A stretch of DNA of 63,135 bases, counting the filler, from Octopus bimaculoides (Eukaryota): NCBI RefSeq assembly GCF_001194135.2. It is 4 parts of 4 records of this genome, joined end to end, with 100 filler letters (N's around TTAATTAATTAA, not from the genome) between each part and the next. Parts side by side here need not be neighbours in the genome. Positions count along the whole stretch, not along the records: positions 1 to 21,359 come from NC_069003.1; 3 more parts are not named here. The stretch is one strand, 5' to 3'. Below, in pieces: positions 1 through 11,980 of the stretch; within the stretch, counting starts at the first letter, position 1; each line of letters opens with the position of its first letter. The position numbers and the translations under genes were made by a program. A model generated the notes under the pieces. It made no database searches, was not told the origin of the DNA, and worked only from the letters and a program-made list of their open reading frames with translations.

Positions 1-245
1 AAAACATATTCACACATAGACAAAGATAACCATACATACATATGTATACACGATATTAAATGATTATGGCAACACGCACGCACACACACACACACACACA
101 CCACACTCACACACAAGTAGATATATGTACACATACATACACATATACAAACACATGTACATAGATATCCATGCATACATACATATTATGGTGACATATA
201 TAACATATATACATATACACACACACACACGTGCGCGCACACTTA
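1..245. repeat. Degenerate (CA)n/(TA)n microsatellite tract
   Basis: Runs of cacaca/tatata/tacata seen directly. Confidence 0.9.
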
Positions 246-760
246 TATTTGTAGAAACCAGAAACGCAATCCAAACATGCCAGACACCTTTACTTCCATT
301 TCCGCATGTACTTCCCGCAATGTTGCTGCAACTCCACAAACTTTTTTTATGGAACTGCATTCAGACAACACACAATGGCCATTGTTAAATTTGCCGGCAG
401 GCTTTTCTTTCATGGGAGAAGGGACTATATTTATCCAATCAAAATTATAATAATAATGATAAAAGAAATAGGTCACATGTGCGGCAATCCCCTTTGAATC
501 CCCTTCATTACCCGACGTAATTACATAACTGTTTTCTGGAGTTACAGTCTCCATTATTTAACACTCTTCATGGCTGCATAGTTAAGAATCTCTCTTTGCA
601 ACCATATGGTTCTGAGCATGGCATTGAGGATCAGTATCTTCTACTATAACCCCAGGCTGGCCAACACCTCGTGAGAGAGTTTAGTAGACAGAAATTGTGT
701 GAAAGCCCATGATATGTGTGTGTGTATATTAGAAATAACTATTTATATACACACATATAT

Positions 761-844
761 GATGGACCTGTGAAGGCACACGATGGGCCTTTGAAGGCAC
801 ACGATGGGCCTTTGAAGGCACACGATGGGCCTTTGAAGGCACAT
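761..844 (+). repeat. 4 x 21-bp tandem repeat (gatgggcctttgaaggcacac) at the 5' junction of a tRNA-head SINE
   Basis: Units start at 761 (variant gatggacctg), 782, 803 and 824. The last unit runs into tggcttaacggttagg, a SINE-C-like head. Confidence 0.9.
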
Positions 845-1589
845 GGCTTAACGGTTAGGATGCTGCACTCCCGATTGTGAGATCATGATTGTGATTCCAA
901 GACCAAGTGTTCCATTTCATTATGTCCCTCACAAGGCATTGGTCAGCCTCGGGTTATTGTAGAAGACACACAGTGGGACGGAACGTGGAACCTTGTAGAT
1001 GCAGCCCAAGGTTCTTAACTTTCAAGGCACCAATGATATAGAACATCAANNNNNNNNNNAAAAAAAAAAAAAAAAAAACAACACAACGCAAACAGAATTG
1101 GAAGACAAGTTCCAAAATCGTTTAAAGAACTGAGTCAAGAAATATTCCAAACACTAACATGTAAAGGATAAAAGATCTGTCTGATGCTGCCAAACTGAAA
1201 ACAAACTTTATCTTCCAATGTAAACGTCCGTTTGGTTGGGAATCTAAACTGACCGTTTTTAAAGACGGCAGTGGCGTCTGGCACTCGCATCGTGTTCTTC
1301 AACATCACATTTTTGCTTCGACTTGAAGAATTACTGGAATGTTTTAACAGAAATCAGAATCCCCCCCCTCTCTCTCTCTCTCTCAGCATTTGGCATGGCA
1401 TGATACATTAATTCCAAATGGAATTTTTTTTTTAACAAACCCTTGGTTCCACCCACTCATTCTTTACACATACACACAGCTGAATATGCAGCAGGGGTAC
1501 TTTCAGCCGCTATATGGGGTACCACAAGCAATACTGGTAAATTCAGTTTTGTATAAAACTCCTGTCTCTGAGATTGCAAATGGGAATGA

Positions 1590-1975
1590 GAGGGAGAGAG
1601 AGATACATAGAGAGGGAGAGATACAGAGAGAGATACAGGCAGAGGGAGAGATACAGAGAGAGAGATATAGAGAGAGGGGTAGCTAGAAAGAGAGAGAGAG
1701 AGAATAGGGAGAGAGAGAAATAGAAAGAGAGAGATACAGAGAGAGAGATACAGAGAGAGAGATACAGAGAGAGAGATACAGAGAGAGAGAAATGAAGAGA
1801 GAGAGAAATGCACAGAGAGAGAGAGAGATAGACAGGGGGAGATATACACAGAGAGATACAGATATATATATATACACAGAGAGAGAGGTAGCTAGAGAGA
1901 GAGATACAGAGAGAGAGATACAGGGAGAGAGAAAGATAGAGAGAGAGAAAGAGATACAGAGAGAGAGAAGGAGAG
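1590..1975. repeat. Degenerate (GA)n / gagagagataca polypurine tract
   Basis: Seen directly; it explains the RE/SL-rich ORFs here. Confidence 0.9.
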
Positions 1976-2855
1976 CCTGTCTTTCTTTCCTCTCTTCCTG
2001 CCTTTTTCCACACACACACCACCACCCACCCCCATGCCCCACCCAAATACTCCCATTTAATTCTACTTCTCACATTACAAGCCAATGAGGGAACTTATGT
2101 GGGTGTAAAGCCTACAAAAAGTAGTAGCCCAAATCTCCCTCAAAATCACACCTTGTCTTCAAAAAAACATGAAAGATGATGGGTGCAGGTGCGGCTGTGT
2201 GGTAAGAAGTTTGGTTCCCAACCACCTGGTTCCAGGTTCAGTCCCACTGTGGGACTTCATGTCTACCAACGACAATAATTAATTAGTCATGCTACAATTC
2301 AAATTGTTGTTATTCTAATGATTGCCATAGACTGAGTGAAAGAGCTTCTATGTTGTTATTTCACCTTGGACATCCACAACTTTGAATAGTTTACGCAACA
2401 TCTCCCAATAGAATTTTAACATATTACAAAATAGCCACAGCCTGAATGTCAACCAAACAGAGCGCTGGACACACCACACCTATGTACAAAGCAGCAAGTG
2501 CTGTTATCAAGTCGTAAATGGTAGGAGATCTCTATTGTGCATTAGTAAACATACTTAGAGCTTTGCTGTGTAAACACGGTCAGTCTTGGTGTGTAAACAT
2601 ACATAGTTACTCTCGCTGCGAAGAGTGTTTTGCTTAGGATTAAAACAAAAGTTAATGAGAGCTTGTAATCAGGAAACAAGCTATTGTGGTTTTAAGGATC
2701 CTTAAATTCTCTTTGGGTTTTGATAAACCCATTCTCTACTTAATCAATAGGAGGACATAGGCAGCTTATAAACATATCAACATTCACAAGACACTGAAAA
2801 AGGTTTCTATGACATATTTTGACTTGCTAGAAATATCAGGAAATTTTCCTTATAC

Positions 2856-2896
<41 letters not shown>

Positions 2897-2906
2897 NNNN
2901 NNNNNN

Positions 2907-2947
<41 letters not shown>

Positions 2948-2984
2948 TAGCCGCAGGTGGGGCTGCATGATGAGAAGCTTATAC

Positions 2985-3109
2985 CAATACATACATCTAA
3001 AGCAAAACTTTTTCAGAGGCCCTTAAAATATTGTTATGGATCCCCAATTTACTATTTTGTTGTATGGACCCCACCAAAATCTTATATTGACCCCGGTTGA
3101 GAACCACTG
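2985..3109 (-). mobile_element. hAT (Charlie-like) MITE end
   Basis: The reverse complement starts CAGTGGTTCTCAACCGGGG, a typical hAT-Charlie terminus. Only one end is visible. Confidence 0.5.
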
Positions 3110-3310
3110 CCCTAACCACTAAGCCATGTACCTCCACTTGCTGAATAGAATGCCTTGTGGCATTTGAATCTCTACACTCAGAGATCAAATTGCACCAAGG
3201 TCAATTTTACCTTTCCTCCTTTGGGGGTCGTTGAAAAGTACCAATCCGTCAGAGTGGATCCCTCACAGTATTTGCTCCAGCCCTTTGTAGCTTCCTTGCC
3301 ACCCCAAGGT

Positions 3311-3633
3311 CCAGTCCTCGTTGCAGTGTGGGGGCGTGCGAATCCCAATGACCCTGAGAGCTATGCAAGCTGAGGGCAAGCTCTTGGAAAGGCCACCCAT
3401 GCTGGACAGGTCAAAGAACAGAGGCCAGACTAATACAGACCACCACTTGCAAGAAGTAAAAGTGGATTTGCACATAGAGCCAACACTCCTACCTAGAAAA
3501 CAAGCAGAGTTACTGAAGCCTCAATGACAATTCAAACTAACAAAACATGGGAGAGGACAGACAACCCAAATCAAGAACAATGGAGGAAAGCTGTCAATAG
3601 TTTGCATTCCATAAGGAGTGAACGGCTTAAGTA
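3311..3633 (+). mobile_element. Internally deleted RTE (BovB-like) LINE derivative: 5' UTR fused to the 3' end
   Basis: caatgaccctgagagctatgc...ggccacccatgctggacaggtc resembles an RTE 5' UTR. From ~3541 the sequence encodes TWER..EQWRKAVNSLHSIRSE and ends in an aagta tail. Confidence 0.55.
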
Positions 3634-3835
3634 TTTAATACATCATGCCGCCCTCTACGTTGCCTGTACTATGTGACTCTGCCATACATCCTGATTATTC
3701 ACCACATTTGTTCTAGTTTACTTTTCTTGCTTTTATACTCGTTTATTCTGTTTTTATTTCCATGCTGCAGCCCCACCTTTAAGGGTTTCAATCAATTAAA
3801 TTAACCCTAATAGGCCTTCCTTCAGTGCAGCAAAA

Positions 3836-3991
3836 TCCAAAAGGATACCTGGAAGCAGGATTCTGAGGCAGAGCTGAAAAAAGCAGGGATCCGACTGGAG
3901 AAAGGCAGAAAAGACAGAAAAGAGTCAAGAACATGGAAAAAATGTCGTCGACATCCTCCACTCCATAGGGAGTGAAATTCTGAAGTAAGTA
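3836..3991 (+). mobile_element. RTE LINE 3' end fragment
   Basis: Translates KDTWKQDSEAELKKAGIRLEK..RTWKK, like RTE C-termini, and ends in a gtaagta tail. Confidence 0.55.
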
Positions 3992-4542
3992 TGGCCTACC
4001 TGGCAGAATAGACTTGAGCTATTGACCAGTTTCACACCATTACCCAGTACATTAGATGCCTTGAACAAAATCCACTCTGTTACAAGCATTTGGGTGTGGA
4101 CTCTGGTTTGAAGATACCTTACTCCCACCCACCCATCCCTACAAGCAATGGAGGCCCTGTAAAGGGTCATAGGCACTGCCTGCCCTCCTGACTATGAACA
4201 AAAATAACAAGAATAAAAATATTTTTACAGAACATAGGATCAAGTGGAACAGAGGGGAACCCATTACCTCCCATAATTCTATTAACTGGAATTTTTTTTA
4301 TGAAACTTTGATTTCTAGCATAAAACAGCCGTAGAAACAAGCTGGAATGATCAAAATAACATTTTAAGTAGAAATAAGCGAGACATTAGGTGAAAAATTA
4401 GCAAACCTCATTTGAATATCAGAGAAATATACCTAGTAGATATAGCAAAAAGGTTAGATATGTGTAAATATTGACAGCTAATTACGAAATTTGTAATTTT
4501 TAAGTGATTTCATATGAGATCACTGGTAGGTAATGGGTTAAG

Positions 4543-4582
4543 TGGGTAATACATGAAACAGTTTAGTTTCATGTATTACCCA
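4543..4582. other. Perfect 17-bp inverted repeat with a 6-nt loop
   Basis: tgggtaatacatgaaac (4543-4559) / gtttcatgtattaccca (4566-4582). Confidence 0.9.
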
Positions 4583-4750
4583 TCTATCTATTTTCTCTAT
4601 CCATTATTTCCAGGATTGTGGGGTAGTATTCTCAAACATCTTTGTCATAGGGTCCTATCGGAAGTGATCATCGTTATCACACTTTCCCAGTTTGATTACA
4701 CTGTCATTAATTTGTTTTTCTAATGTTTAGTAATAACAAAACAAACTTAC

Positions 4751-4803
4751 ATGTGCAGAAAATTTGTAACTTTTACCACCGTAAACAGAATCAACAAACT
4801 CAC
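4751..4803 (-). CDS. Candidate 53-nt internal exon of an unidentified host gene
   Basis: Acceptor tttctgttttattctattttcag and donor gtaagt. Open as (x)EFVDSVYGGKSYKFSAH or VSLLILFTVVKVTNFLH. No homology recognised. Confidence 0.4.
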
Positions 4804-5140
4804 CTGAAAATAGAATAAAACAGAAATGAGAGATAATTGAATTAATTATATATTTAAAGGAATTAGAATGACAAGCGAATACAATGTTATGTTATGAAGT
4901 TCATTGGTTTACTGCTGTTTCTGCTACGATGCAATGCACTCATAGTTGAATGCTGATGTGTCACCTTATAGCTTCATCAGAGCTACAAACATGCAGTGCA
5001 ATTTTATTTGGAAAAACATATACATTTATATATATACAGACACAGAAAAGCACTGCCTACCAATGGAAAAACATCAACATATGTAGGAAATGAATTTAGG
5101 AGTTTGAGTGGGAGGAGCCCTTCACAGAATGAGAATAAGA

Positions 5141-5400
5141 TAAGCTTCTCTGCTAGTTCCTCAACAGTTACGATAGGGTTTTGTTCCACCAGGGTTTGCA
5201 GAACATCCTCGTCAAACTCTACAAATCTTCAAGAACAAGGCACATCTTTCAGACTGTAGTTTCCAGCTCAGAATTTCTGGAATCACCGCTGACACAGGCT
5301 TACACTTATTGTCCGATCCTCATATATTGCATTAATATTTGTCACACTTTCTGTTGTGTTGTTGTCTTTATTGAACTCATAAAGCAAAATATGCCAAATA
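5141..5400 (-). mobile_element. Mariner transposase N-terminal (HTH) pseudogene fragment
   Basis: HILLYEFNKDNNTTESVTNINAIYEDRTISVSLCQR*FQKF*AGNYSL...EFDEDVLQTLVEQNPIVTVEELAEKL, with stops and a frameshift. Confidence 0.85.
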
Positions 5401-5409
5401 ACCGTCAAA

Positions 5410-5745
5410 ATCGGCAAATGAAAGGCAAAATCGACCCCCAAAAGAATGTAAGTTGACCCTGACAGGATGTAAGGCAAAGTGTGCCCCAAAAGGATAAAAG
5501 GCCAAGTTGACTCCAAAAGGATGAAAGGCAAAATTGGCCCTGACAGGATGTAAGGCAAAGTGGACCCCAAAAGGATAGAATCCCAAGCTAACCCCAAAAG
5601 GATGAAAGGCAAAGTCAGCTTCAAAAGATGTAAGGCAAAAAGGATAAAAGGCTACGTTGACCTAAAAGGATGAAAGGCTAAGTCAGCTCCGAGAGGATGT
5701 AAGGCAGAGTTGACCCCAAATGGATGAAAGGAAAAAAATCGACCT
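5410..5745 (-). repeat. ~27-bp minisatellite (gaccccaaaaggatgaaaggcaaagtt, about 12 units) expanded from an internal SINE-B module
   Basis: The unit matches the SINE-B segment between its two tcgacc motifs. The array continues directly into the SINE-B head at ~5745-5830. Confidence 0.8.
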
Positions 5746-6468
5746 CAGCAGAATATGAACTCTGAACATAGGGCCAGAAGAAATGCTTAGCAGCATTTTG
5801 TCCAGGTTGGTAACAATGTTGCCAGCTCATCAGTTTAATAATAATGAAAATAATAAAAACAAAAACAAGGTAGGGCATATCTTATTAGCTACAACAAATG
5901 TAAACAACCATGGCTGAAATAGAAGCATAAATGGATCAGCAAGCTTTGATGATGTTCTGAACATTGCCTTAATTAGTGTACCGTTAATTGCTAGATACAC
6001 TAAGTCACACACACACACACACACATATAAAAACACAAATACACAGAAGCAGGCACAGACATACATAGTGAGAGAGGGAGACACACACACACACACACAT
6101 GCATACACACACTGTTGATAACATGCTTTTGCATAAAATGAGGAAATAAATTAACACAAGAAAGATATGCAGAATAATTTTTATTATTATTATTACTACC
6201 GCTGCTACTACTACCACTACTACTACTAAATGCTTCCTCCTCTTGCAATGGACACGACCACTACTCGTGGTAGTTTTTAGTTAACTCTTTCAAGTGGACT
6301 CCATTTTGAAGGGGGTTTTTTTTTACTTCCTTTTCATTAGTTGATTGAGATAGCTGACTCCCCTCCCCTCCACCATCTCGTAATATCTAATTTGTGTTTA
6401 GTCAGAAAAATCCCCACTCACAATTCAGGAATAAAAATATGTGTGTGTGTGTGTGTGTGTGTGTGTCA

Positions 6469-6824
6469 TGGAACTCAGTCGGTTACAACGACGAGGGTTC
6501 CAGTTGATCCGATCAACGGAACAGCCAGCTCGTGAAGTTAACGTGCAAGTGGCTGAGCACTCCATGGACATGTGTACCCTTAACGTAGTTCTCGAGGGAG
6601 ATTCAGCATGACAGAGTGTGACAAGGCTGACCCTTTTGAAATACAGGACAACAGAAACAGGAAGAAAGAGTAAGAGAAAGGTGTGGTGAAAGAGTACAGC
6701 AGGGTTCGCCATTACCCACTGTTGGAGCCTCGTGGAGCTTTAGGTGTTTTCGGTCTGGGAATCGAAACCGCGATCCTACAACTGCAAATCTGCTGCCCTA
6801 ACCACTGGGCCATTGTGCCTCCAC
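6469..6824 (-). mobile_element. Near full-length SINE-C (tRNA-derived head)
   Basis: Head (rc) gtggaggcacaatggcccagtggttagggcag...ggtttcgattccc. The 3' body matches copies at ~13981-14185 (-) and 18330-18940 (+). Confidence 0.8.
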
Positions 6825-7445
6825 TCTGTGTGTGGAGGCACAATGTATATATGTGTGTATATANNNNNNNNNNNNNNNNNNNNNNNNNNNNNNNNNNNNN
6901 NNNNNNNNNNNNNNNNNNNNNNNNNNNNNNNNNNNNNNNNNNNNNNNNNNTATATATAACATCCAGACAGATGATACAAAAAAGGGAGAAGAAAAAACAA
7001 GGACGGGTCATTCGGAGTTTTCTTTCCTCAGTTGAGCTCCAGATTATCTTTGCAATTTCAGCTGGTTATATACTTTGAGATTGCTCCAATCTGGCCAGCT
7101 CCAAGGAAAAACCAAGCTAAGAGTACTAGATTCCTTGGAAGAAAGCAGTGAATGTATATGAAAACAAGGACAGAAAAAAAAAACGGAGAAATGGTACGCA
7201 AATACAAATGCAAACAACAGGACATAACAACAGGTATCTTTCAACTAAGGATGAAATAAATTATGCTGGGATGTGTGGAAGTGAAGGCTTACAGCAGGGA
7301 CATAAGAGATGACAGGCATAGGGAGGAGTATAGATGTTGCACGGATGGTAGTCGAACCAAGAAAGAAAGGTTCCATGCAGTGGGACTGAACCCGGAATGA
7401 TGTGGTTGGGAAGGAAGCTTCTTACCACACAGCCACGCCTGCACC

Positions 7446-7479
<34 letters not shown>

Positions 7480-8064
7480 TNNNNNNNNNNNNNNNNNNNN
7501 NNNNNNNNNNNNNNNNNNNNNNNNNNNNNNNNNNNNNNNNNNNNNNNNNNNNNNNNNNNNNNNNNNNNNNNNNNNNNNNNAACTTGAAACTTGTGGAATC
7601 ATTTATTGAGGAAATGTAACATAGTCAATATATTATAATAATAATGTGTTATTATAATAATAATAATAATAATGATGATAACAACAACAACAACAAATTT
7701 TAATGTATTTCACACACGCACACACAGAGTATACACAGACCCACACACACACATGCACAAAGACAACTTTCACACTTATGTAACGTATGGTGCACATCTG
7801 TAAGATATATACACACATACACACACACTCCAAACATACATGTGTAAACATATGAAATACAATATATACACACATGTAACATGATTTTTAGGTCATACAC
7901 CCCCCATACACACACACCCACATATATATATGCATACATAAAATATGACATATACACAACGCACAAACACGTGACATACAACACATAATATGATTTATAG
8001 ATGCATATATACACACACATGCATGCTTATATACGCATACACATGCACATGATTTACAGCTTAC

Positions 8065-8144
8065 AAATATCAGCTAAGAAAGAAGCCTCTAACATGATGA
8101 ACTGAACTGCAAGAAATAACAGCCAAATTTCCCTTATATCATGC
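8065..8144 (-). CDS. Candidate internal exon (alternative acceptor would give 8065-8106)
   Basis: Acceptors tttttttcttttaaaacaacaag or gctgttatttcttgcag, donor gtaagc. Reads HDIREIWLLFLAVQFIMLEASFLADI. Confidence 0.3.
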
Positions 8145-9361
8145 CTTGTTGTTTTAAAAGAAAAAAAAATAAACAAAGGATACTTCGGATAAGGTAATCC
8201 GAGATGTAAGCTATGAATGAATCCCACCTCCCCAAAACAAGGGAGCAGTGTTAACAGGTGGAATGAATTTGATCCCAAGTTTTCCGTATAAAAACTGAGC
8301 TGGATTTAAACAACACCTCGTCCATCATCATCTTTGTCAACCTCATTTGAAGTGGGTGAGCAAACCAACCCTGACCAGTTGGTAGTCACAACATGAGTTG
8401 TAATTATTCATCTTTTTGATTGCTGAGAACAGAACGTGGCTCGCGAGCCCACCGTTCGGGTGATTTTCTTGAGTGATCATCATCTCATCCTTGTACACAA
8501 ATCTGTCCCAAGGTTACCCATTTACAGCTGAATGAACCGGAGCATTCTGGTCAAGTCACCAGCCTGCAAACAAATTCCTCCCTACACTTAAAGATTTTGG
8601 TGCCCCCATATATGTGCAATTCAAAATATAAAAACAATAATAAACCATAACAAATTATTTTTCAAAATGGTAAAAACCCAACAGCAAGATGGAAAATAAT
8701 GTTGAATTTTGTATATTTTTATTTTATATATATTTGCAAAGTTTTCTCCTACTTTTTATAGTTGCAAAGTCTTTGATCAGATCCTCAAAATTAATCATAC
8801 GTAACATATCTGATAATTATATTTCTGATCATATAAACCATTTGGAATATTATTTTGGCAAATTTAAAGTGATTTCTTGTGTGCTGTAAACCATTTACCA
8901 TTTCTGTGGTTTCGCCCCCTCCCACCACCACCACCACCACCCTTGATGCCCTAAGCACATGCTTATTCTGCTTAATGGTTAATCCAACGCTGTCCCTACA
9001 TTTGAAAAACGCCAAGATTGCTGCCTGCTTTCTTTACCCGAGTGATGAATCAATCATTCCTTTCTTAAATCAATTCTTTGCTGTATTTTTGAGTGAGCAA
9101 ATGATGTACTGCTGCATTTCGGTTCCTGTGCAATGATTCCTCACTGCAATGTTAAAGTGCGCAGTTAAATGGTTTTCAGTATATCTAGAACAATGGTAGG
9201 TCGTGCTTAGTAGGGCAGCTTAGTAACCATGTGCCAGAGGGTTACAACATCAACAACAACAATACAAACTGATTTTCCCTCAACATCACAAACTTAGGGA
9301 TTAAAAAGATTAAAAGGACTTAATCTCCAATAGTATTCAAATAACTTATATATAACCTTAT

Positions 9362-9416
<55 letters not shown>

Positions 9417-9531
9417 CATACACACCTTATATTCTTCTAGTACTAAAAATAGATTTCTTAAACAAAGGCTAAATTTAAGACTTTGTTATTGTTGTTCAGC
9501 CCCAAGGCAGTATCATATACAAGCAAATCAC

Positions 9532-9570
<39 letters not shown>

Positions 9571-9573
<3 letters not shown>

Positions 9574-10107
9574 CCAGGCAGTGGCTCTCATGGCTTCTGA
9601 TCTTAACTGATTAGAAGTGTTAACATCTACTTTGTTTTGTCTTGGTATAAAAAGATGGGCTACAGCAAATATTCTGCTCAATACCATAGATTTGCTTGTC
9701 AGTTGCTTGACCGTAACCAGTTGAGCATGTGGCTGATGATATGTGCATCTCTGATCATGAGCAGAAGTAGTGGGGAAGCATCATAGCCATGTGTTGAGAG
9801 GAATTCTTTGGGGTTTGAATAATTCATCTCTGGAAACATGGCTGTTTTGTTCATCATCCTTAGACAAATCTTATTCAGGGACCATTTGAGCAGGATGAGG
9901 CTACTTGACCTGAAGAAAATTCTAACTGGGCCCCACCTGCAAGGTTATGCACTATTTATCTTGATATGTGGTCACCATGTCACGCACATATGGTTGTGAT
10001 GCATGTGCCTGGTGTACCCTTATCAGACGGGTAGTCATGATGGGTATAATGGACTTTGTATATTTTACCCCAGTGTCACTTTGATGGCAAGTGCTGCTCT
10101 CTCACTC
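9571..10107 (+). mobile_element. ~540-bp non-coding interspersed element embedded in (AAT)n
   Basis: Flanked by (AAT)n on both sides. A second copy lies at 58979-59383 in the opposite orientation. Confidence 0.8.
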
Positions 10108-10130
10108 AATAATAATAATAATAATAATAA

Positions 10131-10131
<1 letters not shown>

Positions 10132-10161
<30 letters not shown>

Positions 10162-10313
10162 AAGAAGAAGAAGAAGAAGAAGAAGAAGAAGAAGAAGAAG
10201 AAGAAGAAGAAGAAGAAGAAGAAGAAGAAGAAGAAGAAGAAGAAGAAGAAGAAGAAGAAGAAGAAGAAGAAGAAGAAGAAGAAGAAGAAGAAGAAGAAGA
10301 AGAAGAAGAAGAA
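10132..10313. repeat. Pure (GAA)n microsatellite, ~60 units
   Basis: Seen directly, following (AAT)8. Confidence 0.98.
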
Positions 10314-10687
10314 TATTTGAACAAAACAAAAAGCTATGCCTTGTGGATTTGGTAGATGGAAACTGTACAGTTTCCATCTACCAAATCCACAAGGCATTGA
10401 TCAGCCCAGGGCTATAACAGAATGCATTTGTCCAAGGAACTGGACAAATGAGACTGAACCCAAAACCACACAGTTACAAAACACTTCTTAACCACACAAC
10501 CAATGTTCACACACACACACACACACATTGAGAAAGAACAAAAAAAGAAACCAAAAAAAGCAAAGAACTTGATAAGTGCATGATTGGGAATGTTTGTTTG
10601 GTGCTTAGAGAAACAGAAAGAGTTAATTGTGATGTCTTTGAGGAGGAAAGACTAAGGAAAACTCAAAAGTATTGAAAAGAGCAATTG

Positions 10688-10747
10688 AGATAGACAGACA
10701 GACAGATACATAAACAGATAGATAGACAGATACATAGACAGACAGAC

Positions 10748-10803
<56 letters not shown>

Positions 10804-10841
10804 ACAGAGAGACAGACAGATAGATAAACAGAGAGACAGAC

Positions 10842-10896
<55 letters not shown>

Positions 10897-10945
10897 CAGA
10901 TAGATAGATAAACTGAGAGACAGACAGACAGATGTAGAGAGACAA
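10688..10945. repeat. (GATA)n/(GACA)n tetranucleotide tract
   Basis: Seen directly. Confidence 0.95.
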
Positions 10946-11435
10946 AGACATAGGGGAAGTGGCTGAATAATGAAAGGAAAAAGTTTTAAAGTGGAGTTAG
11001 TTGGGATGAAGATCTCACATTACAAATTAAAGAGAATAAATATCGGGGATAAGAAGGAACAAATGGGTCAGCTTGAATCACACATCCTGTTCCTGAAGTC
11101 TTCAAAACCACCGGCATCAAAGACAACACCGATTCTCTTTGACAAAACAAGACAAGGAAAACCTGATGACTACATCGCCTTTTCACTCTTTCTCTCCGTC
11201 TCTTCCTCCTCCACACCTTTCTCTCTTTTACGATCTCTCTATCGCTTCTCCCCCCCCCCTTTCTTCTCTGTATGTATCTGTTGATTTGTCTGCTGTCTGT
11301 GTGACTCTCTCTCCCTGTTCATTCTTTTCTATCCCTCTCTCTCTCTCTTCTTATCCTTACATCTCTCTCTCAATCTCCATTAGTCTTTCCACCAATGTCT
11401 TTCTCATGTTTTTCTTTTTTCTCATCCAGTCGCTT

Positions 11436-11494
<59 letters not shown>

Positions 11495-11566
11495 GGAGGG
11501 GGTATATTTGTTATTTGTATGTGTATAAATATGTATGTATGTATTTCTAAGTATATATGTGTGTGT

Positions 11567-11690
11567 GGAGTGGTTGTGTGGTAAGTAGCTTGCTTACTAA
11601 CCACATGGTTCTGGGTTCAGTCCTGAGGTCGACTTCTTTGACTAAAGGCGGTGCTCCAGCGTGGCCGCAGTCAAATGACTGAAACAAGAA
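11567..11690 (+). mobile_element. SINE-A with internal deletion (head joined to tail)
   Basis: ggagtggttgtgtggtaagtagcttg...ggttcagtcct|gaggtcgac...gcagtcaaatgactgaaacaag. Confidence 0.8.
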
Positions 11691-11826
11691 TGTGTGTATA
11701 TATATATATATATATATGGAGATATATATGTATGTCTATATATATATATGTAAATATATGTGTATCTCTCTAAATGTGTATGTATACATACATTATATAT
11801 ATAGAGAGGTATATGTGTGAATGTGC

Positions 11827-11898
<72 letters not shown>

Positions 11899-11940
11899 TA
11901 TATATATATGTAAATACAAATGTATATCTTTAAATGTGTG

Positions 11941-11980
<40 letters not shown>

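Noticed and set aside
243-554. 103-aa ORF and overlapping open frames in unique sequence
   Set aside because: Several frames on both strands are open and none has recognisable homology, so no call is supportable.
5410-5745. CRISPR-like repeat array
   Set aside because: Contiguous degenerate units with no unique spacers, eukaryotic context, and derived from a SINE.
10003-10417. Poly-K/R/F/L/S ORFs, and all YI/HT/CV/SL/RE-repeat ORFs in the track
   Set aside because: Translations of microsatellites and N gaps.
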